DNA from: an uncultured Starkeya sp.
Lineage (GTDB): Bacteria; Pseudomonadota; Alphaproteobacteria; Rhizobiales; Xanthobacteraceae
Direction: 5' to 3'
DNA: 64,000 nt
Assembly: GCA_964543245.1 (NCBI GenBank)
Contig: CAZIXP010000001.1
Coordinates: 49,882-113,881 of the forward strand
Shown here: positions 48,126 to 56,541 of the stretch, piece after piece
How positions within the stretch are numbered: the stretch's first letter is position 1
How the letters are laid out: every line of letters starts with the position of its first letter
Made by a program: the position numbers and the translations under genes
The notes under the pieces: generated by a model
What the model was told of the DNA's origin: nothing
Database searches by the model: none
Seen by the model: only the letters and a program-made list of their open reading frames with translations

Positions 48126-49700
48126 ATGGTGACGATGGGACTGTTGTTGGCGTTGAGCTTCGCCGTGTCGCTGCTCGCGCTCGCGTTCCTGATCTGGGCG
48201 ATCAGCAACAAGCAGATCAAGCTCGACCAGCAAGACGCCAAGGTGATCTTCGCCGCGGGCGACGAGAACCACCTTGACAGCCCCGACGCCGAGCAATCGC
48301 CCGCCAGGCGACATTACTTCGACACCGTCACCACCGGCATCGACCACATATCCATGAGGCCGGCGGCCGTCCTTCTCGTCGCGGCCACCCTATGGCTGCT
48401 CGTCGGTTCGGCCTTCGGCCTCATCGCCTCGCTGAAGCTGCATTGGCCGGACTGGCTTTCCGCCTACGCACCGCTCACCTTCGGCCGCGTCCGCACGCTA
48501 CACCTCAACCTTGTCATCTACGGGTGGCTGTCGCAGGCCGGCATCGCCGCGATGATCTGGGTTTTGCCGCGCATCTTCCACACGCCGCTGCGCGCGCCCC
48601 GGATGCCGATCATCGGAGCGGTCCTCTGGAACATCGCCGTGGCGCTGGGAGCCGTCGCGATCGCCAACGGCTGGACGGATGGCGAGGAGTGGCTGGAAAT
48701 TCCCTGGCAGCTCGACATGCTGTTGGCGCTGGCCGGCGTCTTCTTCGTCATCCCGCTGGTGAAGACGACGCTCGCTCGGGAGGTCCACCACATCTATGTG
48801 AGCGGCTGGTACTTCCTCGCGGGAATCCTCTGGTTCCCCTGTCTCTTCGTCATTGCAAATCTGCCCTACATCCATTCGGGCGTCGAAGAGGCCACGGTGA
48901 ACTGGTGGTTCGCGCACAATGTGCTGGGCCTCTGGCTGACGCCGCTCGGCGTGGGAACGGCCTACTACTTCATTCCGAAAATCATCGGCAAACCGATCTA
49001 TTCCTATTCCGTCTCACTGCTTGGATTCTGGGGCCTCGCACTCTTCTACAGCCAGGTGGGCATCCATCATCTGATCGGCGGACCGGTGCCGACCTGGGTC
49101 GTGACGCTCTCCATCGTTCATTCGGTGATGATGTTCATCCCGGTGATCGCGGTGGCCATCAACCAGCATGTCACGGTCGCCCGCAATCTCTGGGCCCTGA
49201 AAGAATCGCTGCCGTTGCGCTTCATATCCTTCGGCGCCGTCATGTATACGCTGGCGTCGTTCCAGGGTTCGATCGAGGCGCTGCGCTCGGTCAACACGGT
49301 CACGCATTTCACGCACTACACGGTCGGGCACGCCCATCTCGGCGCCTACGCCTTCGTGACGATCGTCATGTTCGGCGCTGCCTATCACATGCTGCCGCGC
49401 ATGACCGGCCGGGCCTTCCAGTGGCCGGCTCTGATCAACGCTCACTTCTGGCTGATCGTCGTCGGCTTCGCGATCTACTTTTTCGGGCTTTCGATCGGTG
49501 GCGTGCTGCAGGGCCTCGCCATGCTCGATGCGACACGTCCGTTCTCTGACAGCGTCATCCTCACGATCCCTTACCTCGAGGCGCGCAGTCTCGGCGGCAG
49601 CCTTATGACGCTTGGCCACATCCTCTTCGCCGTCAATGTCGCCGCCATCCTCATTCCGCGCCGGGCATCGGCGGCCGCACGCGTGGTGCCCGCCGAATGA
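48126..49700 (+). CDS. ccoN: Divergent cbb3-type (C-family) oxidase subunit I with a CcoS-like N-terminal extension
   Basis: RTLHLN, WWFAHN, FYSQVGIHH and GHAHLG give all six His ligands and the helix VII Tyr. Confidence 0.85.
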   Translation: MVTMGLLLALSFAVSLLALAFLIWAISNKQIKLDQQDAKVIFAAGDENHLDSPDAEQSPARRHYFDTVTTGIDHISMRPAAVLLVAATLWLLVGSAFGLIASLKLHWPDWLSAYAPLTFGRVRTLHLNLVIYGWLSQAGIAAMIWVLPRIFHTPLRAPRMPIIGAVLWNIAVALGAVAIANGWTDGEEWLEIPWQLDMLLALAGVFFVIPLVKTTLAREVHHIYVSGWYFLAGILWFPCLFVIANLPYIHSGVEEATVNWWFAHNVLGLWLTPLGVGTAYYFIPKIIGKPIYSYSVSLLGFWGLALFYSQVGIHHLIGGPVPTWVVTLSIVHSVMMFIPVIAVAINQHVTVARNLWALKESLPLRFISFGAVMYTLASFQGSIEALRSVNTVTHFTHYTVGHAHLGAYAFVTIVMFGAAYHMLPRMTGRAFQWPALINAHFWLIVVGFAIYFFGLSIGGVLQGLAMLDATRPFSDSVILTIPYLEARSLGGSLMTLGHILFAVNVAAILIPRRASAAARVVPAE

Positions 49701-50317
49701 ACCGCTATCTTCCCCTTTCGATCATCGCGCTCGGCATCCTGGCTTTCGCAACCTTGCTGCTTGTCATCGCGCCGGGCATCCAGATCGGCCGTCACGACGC
49801 TCCGCCTGGTCTGGAGCCCTATACCGAGCAGCAATTGCGCGGCCGCCAGGTCTACGTGTCGCTCGGCTGCGTCTACTGTCACAGCCAGCAACCGCGATCG
49901 CCCGACCAGGCGCCCGACGGCGCACGGGGCTGGGGACGTCCGGCCATTGCCGCGGATTACACCTACGATGCGCCCCATCAGCTTGGGACAATGCGCACCG
50001 GACCCGATCTCCTGAACGTCGGCGCAAGACTGCCGTCACGGGACTGGCACCTGGCCCATCTCTATCAGCCGCGCGCCATCTTCGACTGGAGCATCATGCC
50101 GGCCTATCCTTTCCTCTTCGAGGTCAAGGGTGCCCCCGGTCCCGGCGACGTTGTCGTCTCCATGCCTTCCGGCTTTGGGCCCGAAGCAGGCGTTATCGTC
50201 GCCAAGCAGGACGCGCTTGATCTCACCGCCTATCTGCTGTCCCTCGACCGTACATATCCGGCGCCCGCCGACGCCATTCGCGACGATGGCTACCGCCGTC
50301 CGGAGGGCACGCCATGA
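49697..50317 (+). CDS. ccoO: cbb3-type oxidase subunit II-like monoheme cytochrome
   Basis: GRQVYVSLGCVYCHSQQPR, RTGPDL and SIMPAY. Confidence 0.88.
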   Translation: MNRYLPLSIIALGILAFATLLLVIAPGIQIGRHDAPPGLEPYTEQQLRGRQVYVSLGCVYCHSQQPRSPDQAPDGARGWGRPAIAADYTYDAPHQLGTMRTGPDLLNVGARLPSRDWHLAHLYQPRAIFDWSIMPAYPFLFEVKGAPGPGDVVVSMPSGFGPEAGVIVAKQDALDLTAYLLSLDRTYPAPADAIRDDGYRRPEGTP

Positions 50318-51561
50318 CCGCTGACAAAAAGCAGGAAGCGGAGCGCTCTTCTCGCATCGACGAAACCTTCGAGCCCTACGAACTGCACGGCAAGATGCCA
50401 TGGCCGCTGATCGCGTTCGCCGTCGGACTCGGTCTCTGGGGCGTTGCCACGCTGTTCGAGACGCGAGAGGACGTTGTTGGCGCTCAGGCGGAGCGCGTCG
50501 CTCGAAGCCATACGGAAACCGGCGTGGCGACTGAACCCGGCGCGCCGCTCTTCCTCGCCCGGTGCTCGACATGTCATCAGCCGGACGGCTTGGGCGTGCG
50601 CGGCGCCATCCCTCCGCTTGCCGGCTCTGCCTTCGTCGCTCACGGGCCGGAGCTTGTCGCAACGATCCTGCTGCGCGGCATTGATGGACCGATCCGTGTT
50701 GGCGACCATGTCTTTAACGGGCACATGCCGAGCTTCTCCAGTGTGCTCACGGATGTCGAAATCGGCGAGCTCGCAACCTATGTCGCACGTCGCTTCGGCA
50801 CGTCGTCCGACAGCCTTAACGCTCCGGATGTGGCCATGCTGCGCGATCGTGTCGCCGGCAGCGGCAGCTTCAAGGGCGGGGCCGAGATTGCGTCGTCCAC
50901 CGACCTCGATCTGGGCCATCAGCCGGCCTTCGTCCCTGCGACCGCCATGTCGCTCACCCCGGAAGTGTCCGCGCTGGTCTTCACCGGCCGCGGCGAGCAA
51001 TGGGCTTGCGCAAGCTGTCACGGCGATCTCGGCCAGGGCAAGGAGAATACCCCGCGCCTCGCCGGCCTTTCCGCCGATTACATCGTCAAGCAGCTCGGCG
51101 ACTTCGCGGCGGGCCGTCGCCTCAACGAATCCATGCGGTTGATCGTGGCCTCGCTGTCCGATGAGGAAAAGCGCCAGCTCGGCGACTATTACGCCGCGCT
51201 ACGCGTGCCATCGAACGCCCGGCCCGATCTCGGCGGGAGCCTCGCGCGCGGCGAGGCTCTCGCGCTTCATGGCGACTGGAGCCGCAACGTCCCGGCCTGC
51301 TTCTCCTGTCATGGGCCCTCCGGCTTCGGCGTCGCACCCGAATTCCCGCCGATCGCCGCCCAGCATGCCGCCTACACCGCGAGCCAGCTTGCGGCATGGG
51401 CCGGGGGCCATCGCAACAATTCTCCGCTCGATCTGATGGGGCGGATCTCACGCGAACTCAGCGACGCCGATCGAAGGGCCGTGGCCGACTACCTCGCCTC
51501 CCTCCCTCCAGTGCCAGCAGGAGACGACACCCAGATCGCGGAAATCGGAGAACATCCATGA
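50314..51561 (+). CDS. Membrane-anchored triheme cytochrome c: monoheme domain fused to a TsdB/c4-like diheme unit
   Basis: TM segment, then CSTCH, CASCH and GDWSRNVPACFSCHGP. Confidence 0.85.
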   Translation: MTADKKQEAERSSRIDETFEPYELHGKMPWPLIAFAVGLGLWGVATLFETREDVVGAQAERVARSHTETGVATEPGAPLFLARCSTCHQPDGLGVRGAIPPLAGSAFVAHGPELVATILLRGIDGPIRVGDHVFNGHMPSFSSVLTDVEIGELATYVARRFGTSSDSLNAPDVAMLRDRVAGSGSFKGGAEIASSTDLDLGHQPAFVPATAMSLTPEVSALVFTGRGEQWACASCHGDLGQGKENTPRLAGLSADYIVKQLGDFAAGRRLNESMRLIVASLSDEEKRQLGDYYAALRVPSNARPDLGGSLARGEALALHGDWSRNVPACFSCHGPSGFGVAPEFPPIAAQHAAYTASQLAAWAGGHRNNSPLDLMGRISRELSDADRRAVADYLASLPPVPAGDDTQIAEIGEHP

Positions 51562-52592
51562 CAGAGCCTGCGGAGAGCCTTGCCGCCAAACCAGCCGATC
51601 CTCAGAGAGGGCGGATTGCACGATGGTGGATCCACGCAGCCGGCGCTGGCATCATCGCCGCCGCCCTGGGAGCGCTCGCCTACGAAAGCGGCATCATCCC
51701 AGGACGACAAACGTCGCAGCAAGTCGCCGGGCCTGCCACGGCTGGCTTCTTCCAGCCTCCGGCCGACGACCAGATTCCCGACGACGAGTTCGGCGCCGCC
51801 ATCCGTCGGGGGCAGGCGATCTTCATGAACACCTCGACCAATGCATCCCAATATGTGGGCAACGGCCTGTCCTGTTCGAACTGCCATCTCGGCGCCGGCC
51901 GCCAGCCATTCTCCGCCCCGATGTGGGCTGCCTGGGGCCAGTATCCCCGCTACCGGTCGAAGAACAACCAGATCAACACGATGGAAGATCGCGTGCAAGG
52001 GTGCTTCACCTTCTCCATGAACGCCCAACACTCGGTTGCCGGTGGGCCTCCGCCGCATGGCGATGACATCTATCGCGATCTTCAAAGCTACTTCTACTGG
52101 CTTGCTAGCGGCGCCCCCAACAACGAGCTGATGAGCGGCGCCGGATTTGGCAGAGTGGCCAGGACCGAGCTCGGCTACTCTCCCGAGCGCGGCGCCCAAG
52201 TGTTCGCGGCCAACTGCGCCGTCTGCCACGGTGCCGAGGGTCAGGGCCAGATGGACATCAACGATCGCTATGTCTTTCCGCCGCTCTGGGGTCCGAATTC
52301 CTACAATTGGGGTGCCGGCATGGCCCGCATCGACACGGCTGCGGCCTTCATCAAGCACAACATGCCATTGTCCCAGCCCGGCCGGCTGACCGATCAGGAG
52401 GCGTGGGACGTCGCCGCCTATATCAACAGCTTCGAGCGTCCGAAGGATGCGAGACAGCAGGGGCGCACGATCGAGGAAACGCGCCGACTCTACCACGATG
52501 GCGATGAGATCTATTACGGACAGGTCGTCAACGGCGTGCTTCTGGGCGTCGGCACCCCCGATCCGGTGCGGCCGGTCGGCGCCGTGGACTGA
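51558..52592 (+). CDS. tsdA: Diheme thiosulfate dehydrogenase TsdA (copy 2), membrane-anchored
   Basis: CSNCH, RVQGCFTFSMN, CAVCH, PPLWGPNSYNWGAGM, KHNMP. Confidence 0.88.
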   Translation: MTEPAESLAAKPADPQRGRIARWWIHAAGAGIIAAALGALAYESGIIPGRQTSQQVAGPATAGFFQPPADDQIPDDEFGAAIRRGQAIFMNTSTNASQYVGNGLSCSNCHLGAGRQPFSAPMWAAWGQYPRYRSKNNQINTMEDRVQGCFTFSMNAQHSVAGGPPPHGDDIYRDLQSYFYWLASGAPNNELMSGAGFGRVARTELGYSPERGAQVFAANCAVCHGAEGQGQMDINDRYVFPPLWGPNSYNWGAGMARIDTAAAFIKHNMPLSQPGRLTDQEAWDVAAYINSFERPKDARQQGRTIEETRRLYHDGDEIYYGQVVNGVLLGVGTPDPVRPVGAVD

Positions 52593-52597
52593 CCGCC

Positions 52598-54748
52598 ATG
52601 CGCCGGCTCGTCGCGGTCGAGGGCATGGCATGCGGCGGCTGCGCGCGCGGGCTGGAAAAGCGTCTCAGCCAACTCGAAGGCGTCAACAGCGTCGGCGTCC
52701 ACCATCTGACCGCATCCATGCTGGTCGATTGGGACGAGGCGAGGACATCGATCGCCAAGATCGCGTCCGTCGTCTCGAGCGCCGGGTATGCCCTGGTCGA
52801 CCGGCATCAGCCCGACGAACTATCGGCAATGCTTTCTGGAGATATTCGCCGGCTGAGCCTTCGCCTTGCCGTCGCCGTGATGGCAGGGATGTGGTCGATG
52901 GCGCTCGCCGTCGTACTCTACGTCTCCGACATCGATGCGACAGTCGCCTGGTGGATCGCGCTCGCCTCCGGCGTCCTGGCGCTGCCGGTCCTGCTCTGGG
53001 CGGGAGCTGGCATCTTCTGGATGGCCTTCCGATCAGTCCGACTGCGTACGCCCACCATGGATCTACTGATCGCCTTGGGCGCCGGCGGCGCATTTGCTCT
53101 CTCTTTGGTGTCACTCGCGTCCGGATCATCGCATGTCTATTTCGACACCGCGACAATGCTGATCACGCTTCTCCTTCTCGGGCGTCTCGTCGATCTGATC
53201 ACCAGGCGCAGCGCAATCGATGCGTTGAAGGCTCTCGAAGAGGCTTCCGTGGAGACGGCCGTAAGACGCACCGCTTCGGGGAACAAAGTTGTCCCATGCA
53301 GTGAGGTCGAGATCGGCGATCGGGTCGTCATCGACGCCGGCGCGGCGATCAGTGTCGACGGGATCATCCAGGAGGGCCGGAGCCTCATCAACCGCGCGGT
53401 CCTGACAGGTGAAAGCCATCCGCTTCCGGTCGGCGCCGGGCAACGCGTCGAGGCGGGCGCGATCAATCTCGAAAGGCGCCTCATCGTTTCGGTCGACCGT
53501 GCCCATGGAGATCGCGACCTTGATCGTATGGGCGGCGCGATCATGCTGGAGCTTGCCCGGCGCGGCACGCTCGCCTCACGCGCCGACCGTCTCGCCGGCG
53601 TGCTGAGCTGGGGAATCCCGGGATTGGCGCTGCTCACTGCGGTCACGCTGCCGCTCGCAGGGGTCGCGGGAGCAGACGCCATTCTGAGGGGGCTGACGGT
53701 GCTTGCCGCAGCCTGCCCGTGCGCTTTGTCGATCGCCGCGCCGCTTGCACAGGCGCGCGCGGCCGGCATCGCGGCGAGACTCGGCCTGCGGCTCCGGGAT
53801 CCTGTCGCTTTTGAATCGCTCGCCCAGCCGGCAACAGCCATCTTCGACAAGACGGGTACTCTGACCACAGGCCTCCCCTCAGTGGTTGAGGTCGCTGCTG
53901 CCAAGGGCTGGAGCAAAGACGATGTGCTGCGGCTTGCTGCAATTGCCGAAACCGGGATCGATCATCCTCTGGCGCGGGCGATCGTCGCACGACACGGCCG
54001 TGAAGAAGGCGCGGGCGGGACGCGGCGGGAACGCAGCGCCGAGGCAAGGGATCGCGACGGTCGTTGCATCAGCGTCTATGGAATCGATCGCGACGACGGC
54101 ATGACCTCGCTTGCCGTGAGCCTCGACGATGTCGTCATCGGCTCCCTCGGCCTCGCCGATGCTCCCACCGGCCAAGCGCGCGGGACCGTCGACCGGTTCC
54201 GGGAGATGGGTATCGACATGTGGATTGCGTCCGGAGACGGCGGCGGTCCGACGTTGCGGGTCGCGAAGCCTCTCGGTATTCCCGCGCCCCGCGTCCGTTA
54301 CGGCTGCACGCCGGCAGACAAGGTTGAGCTCGTGAAAGCCGCAACCGCTCCTGTTCTCTTCGTCGGGGATGGCGTTAACGACGCTCCGGCGCTCGCCGCC
54401 GCCGATTGCGGCATTTCCGTTGCCGGTGCCCATAGCGCCGCTGCGCGAACCGCGGACGTGGTCATCGTCAATGGCGGGATCGATCAGCTCGTGTCTGCGA
54501 TCGCGCTTGCCCGTCGCACGGTCGCAATCACCCGACAGAACGTGGGCCTCGCCATGATCTACAACCTGTTGGCCGTCCCGTTGGCAATTGCGGGCACGCT
54601 GTCGCCGTCCCTAGCGGCCCTCGCCATGCTCGCGAGTTCGTCGTCGGTCGCGTTCAACAGCTTGCGTTTAGAACCATCAGGGACGTCCGCCCCGCCGGCA
54701 AAAGCGGCGCCCCAGTCCGCAGAACTCTGCGACGAGCCTGTTGGTTAG
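52598..54748 (+). CDS. Cu-type P1B ATPase, CcoI/FixI-like
   Basis: N-terminal [29 protein letters not shown] and MLASS. Confidence 0.88.
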   Translation: MRRLVAVEGMACGGCARGLEKRLSQLEGVNSVGVHHLTASMLVDWDEARTSIAKIASVVSSAGYALVDRHQPDELSAMLSGDIRRLSLRLAVAVMAGMWSMALAVVLYVSDIDATVAWWIALASGVLALPVLLWAGAGIFWMAFRSVRLRTPTMDLLIALGAGGAFALSLVSLASGSSHVYFDTATMLITLLLLGRLVDLITRRSAIDALKALEEASVETAVRRTASGNKVVPCSEVEIGDRVVIDAGAAISVDGIIQEGRSLINRAVLTGESHPLPVGAGQRVEAGAINLERRLIVSVDRAHGDRDLDRMGGAIMLELARRGTLASRADRLAGVLSWGIPGLALLTAVTLPLAGVAGADAILRGLTVLAAACPCALSIAAPLAQARAAGIAARLGLRLRDPVAFESLAQPATAIFDKTGTLTTGLPSVVEVAAAKGWSKDDVLRLAAIAETGIDHPLARAIVARHGREEGAGGTRRERSAEARDRDGRCISVYGIDRDDGMTSLAVSLDDVVIGSLGLADAPTGQARGTVDRFREMGIDMWIASGDGGGPTLRVAKPLGIPAPRVRYGCTPADKVELVKAATAPVLFVGDGVNDAPALAAADCGISVAGAHSAAARTADVVIVNGGIDQLVSAIALARRTVAITRQNVGLAMIYNLLAVPLAIAGTLSPSLAALAMLASSSSVAFNSLRLEPSGTSAPPAKAAPQSAELCDEPVG

Positions 54749-54911
54749 GCGCGGTTAGAGTGCCGCTTCGTGGGCGGCTTGCGAATGGAGCTTCGTCGCC
54801 GACAAGATGCGAGATACTCGGTTCCAATCTTCGCGAAGATCGCCAGCCGGCGTACCCAGGACGAGCAGCTGAGCCCGCAAGCTTAAGAGCCGGTCAAGGA
54901 TCGATGATCCG

Positions 54912-55307
54912 TCAACGCAGTCGTGCGAAGTTGGCGGCGCCCTCGATCACGTGCTCTCGTTTCTGACTCGCTTCCGGCCGCGTCATCTTGAGAAGCATTT
55001 GTTCAGGATTGCCGGCGCCGAATACCGCCTCGATGCTGCGCACGCACAAAACAACGGGTTCGCCGGCAAGGCTGTAATAGACCTGCTTGGCCTGACGACG
55101 CGTCGTGACCAGCTCAGCCTTGCGGAGCTCGGCGAGCTGCTGGCTGAGCGCTGGCTGCCCGATGCCGGTTGCCACGTCCATTTCCGTCACCGACTTTTCC
55201 CCTTCGAGGAGAAGGGAAAGGATCATCAACCGTTGCGATTGCGCGAACTTGCGCAGCTTGTCGGCCGCGGCCTCGGCTTGCGCCCGGGACTGCCATAGCG
55301 CCTTCAT
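54912..55307 (-). CDS. ArsR family regulator (third copy, lacks the BigR cysteine pair)
   Basis: RLMILSLLLEGEKSV, QPALSQQLAELR; start overlaps the prx stop. Confidence 0.85.
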   Translation of the reverse strand: MKALWQSRAQAEAAADKLRKFAQSQRLMILSLLLEGEKSVTEMDVATGIGQPALSQQLAELRKAELVTTRRQAKQVYYSLAGEPVVLCVRSIEAVFGAGNPEQMLLKMTRPEASQKREHVIEGAANFARLR

Positions 55308-55924
55308 CCATCTCTCCGGCAGAACCAGTCGGACTCGTGCTGCGCCTTTTCTTCGGCCGGCAGGAGAAGCGGCTGCCCCGGCTGCCAATCAGCCGGAGCA
55401 AGCTTCTCGCCGGAATGGGTGGCCTGCAGCGCCGCCACCATCCGCAGCATTTCGTCGACCGAACGTCCGATGGTCAGCGGATAGTGCGTGATCGCCCGGA
55501 TGACGCCCTCCGGGTCGATGAAGTAACTCGCCCGAACTCCCGCGCTGTTCTCCGCCGTCTCGTCGATCATACCGTAGGTGCGACCGACGAGCATGGACGG
55601 GTCCTCGATCACCGGAAACGGGATTTCCACCGAAAAGAGCTCACGAATGGAGCGGGCCCAGGCGACATGCGCATAGAGGCTGTCGACCGACAGACCGAGA
55701 AGTGCGCAATCGAGCGCAGCGAAACGATCGTGCGCTTTGGCGAGCGCCACGAACTCTGTGGTGCAGACCGGCGTGAAGTCCGCCGGGTGCGCAAAGAACA
55801 GCAGCCACCGGCCCTTGTAGTCGGAAAGCCGGATCGGACCTTGGGTGGAACGGGCCTCGAAATCAGGAGCGGCGTCGCCCATACGCAGGGTCCGGGGAGG
55901 TATGCGGATCGATACGTCGTTCAT
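55304..55924 (-). CDS. Peroxiredoxin (Prx6-type, second copy)
   Basis: HPADFTPVCTTEF, VRASYFIDP and DWFC. Confidence 0.92.
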   Translation of the reverse strand: MNDVSIRIPPRTLRMGDAAPDFEARSTQGPIRLSDYKGRWLLFFAHPADFTPVCTTEFVALAKAHDRFAALDCALLGLSVDSLYAHVAWARSIRELFSVEIPFPVIEDPSMLVGRTYGMIDETAENSAGVRASYFIDPEGVIRAITHYPLTIGRSVDEMLRMVAALQATHSGEKLAPADWQPGQPLLLPAEEKAQHESDWFCRRDG

Positions 55925-55990
55925 CGAAGCTGTGGTCTCGAAAGCGTCACTTACGTGTTTGTCGTATGGCGCGCCGCCTGACGCAATACG

Positions 55991-56005
55991 ATTACACAGT
56001 TACAC
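55991..56005. promoter_or_regulatory. Operator-like motif upstream of prx-arsR, shared with 38447-38461
   Basis: attacacagttacac, the reverse complement of gtgtaactgtgtaat. Confidence 0.55.
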
Positions 56006-56149
56006 GGTTCGTTGAATAGATAAATGAAGAGGCGACGCGGCCGGCTTCGAATCCCGAGGAAGACGGCCGGTTCCAACCCACGGCCCGTCCACGCGGTCAT
56101 CGCTGCTTCACTGCCCGACCTGGGAGAATTCCGTGATCAAGCGTACTTC

Positions 56150-56171
56150 GGTGTTGACCAGGTGTTGACCA
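56150..56171. repeat. Perfect tandem 11-bp repeat (ggtgttgacca x2) near the island end
   Basis: Read directly; lies 66 bp from the tRNA 3' end. Confidence 0.85.
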
Positions 56172-56176
56172 GCTTC

Positions 56177-56212
56177 AAAAAAGGGGGAAGCCGCCCTTGG
56201 GCGGCTTCCCTT
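56177..56212 (-). terminator. Rho-independent terminator of tRNA-Gly
   Basis: gggaagccgcc-cttg-ggcggcttccc stem followed by a T6 tract on the minus strand. Confidence 0.8.
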
Positions 56213-56237
56213 AAACCTCTGAGTTTCAAAGAGAAAC

Positions 56238-56312
56238 TGGAGCGGGCGAAGGGATTCGAACCCTCGACCCCAACCTTGGCAAGGTTGTGCTCTACCCCTG
56301 AGCTACACCCGC
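56238..56312 (-). tRNA. tRNA-Gly (anticodon GCC) with encoded CCA
   Basis: GCGGGTGTAGCTCAGGGGTAGAGCACAACCTTGCCAAGGTTGGGGTCGAGGGTTCGAATCCCTTCGCCCGCTCCA. Confidence 0.97.
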
Positions 56313-56541
56313 ACCGCTCCTCGGCGTGGCGACCTGTTTGGCCGCCCCCGAACGCGGCGTTCTATGCCCCATGCCGCAGACGATTGCAACGGGGTGGTGA
56401 CGTTTCTTTCCACAGGGCTGTGGACATCGGCATGCCGGAAGATTCCCGCGCGGTCGCCAGCGGCGTCTTGTGCCAGACACCAGAATATGGGAGGCCGGAT
56501 CGCGGATCGTGCGCAGCGTCCGCCTCGTGGAGGATCATCCC

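Larger units (their letters stand above)
1..56237. mobile_element. Integrative conjugative element / genomic island (Tn4371-like trb backbone end plus cargo), bounded on the right by tRNA-Gly
   Basis: trbG-trbI-DUF2274 at the left; cargo runs to the 3' end of tRNA-Gly(GCC); GC visibly rises to the right of the tRNA. The integrase and other att site are not in the window. Confidence 0.75.

Noticed and set aside
48126-49700. CcoN-like protein as a nitric oxide reductase
   Set aside because: The helix VII Tyr and a CcoO-type partner are present and the NOR glutamate pattern was not recognised; side NO activity is not excluded.
54881-54886. Single cttaag downstream of the Cu ATPase as a sixth regulator box
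   Set aside because: Only one half-site, and it lies between convergent genes.
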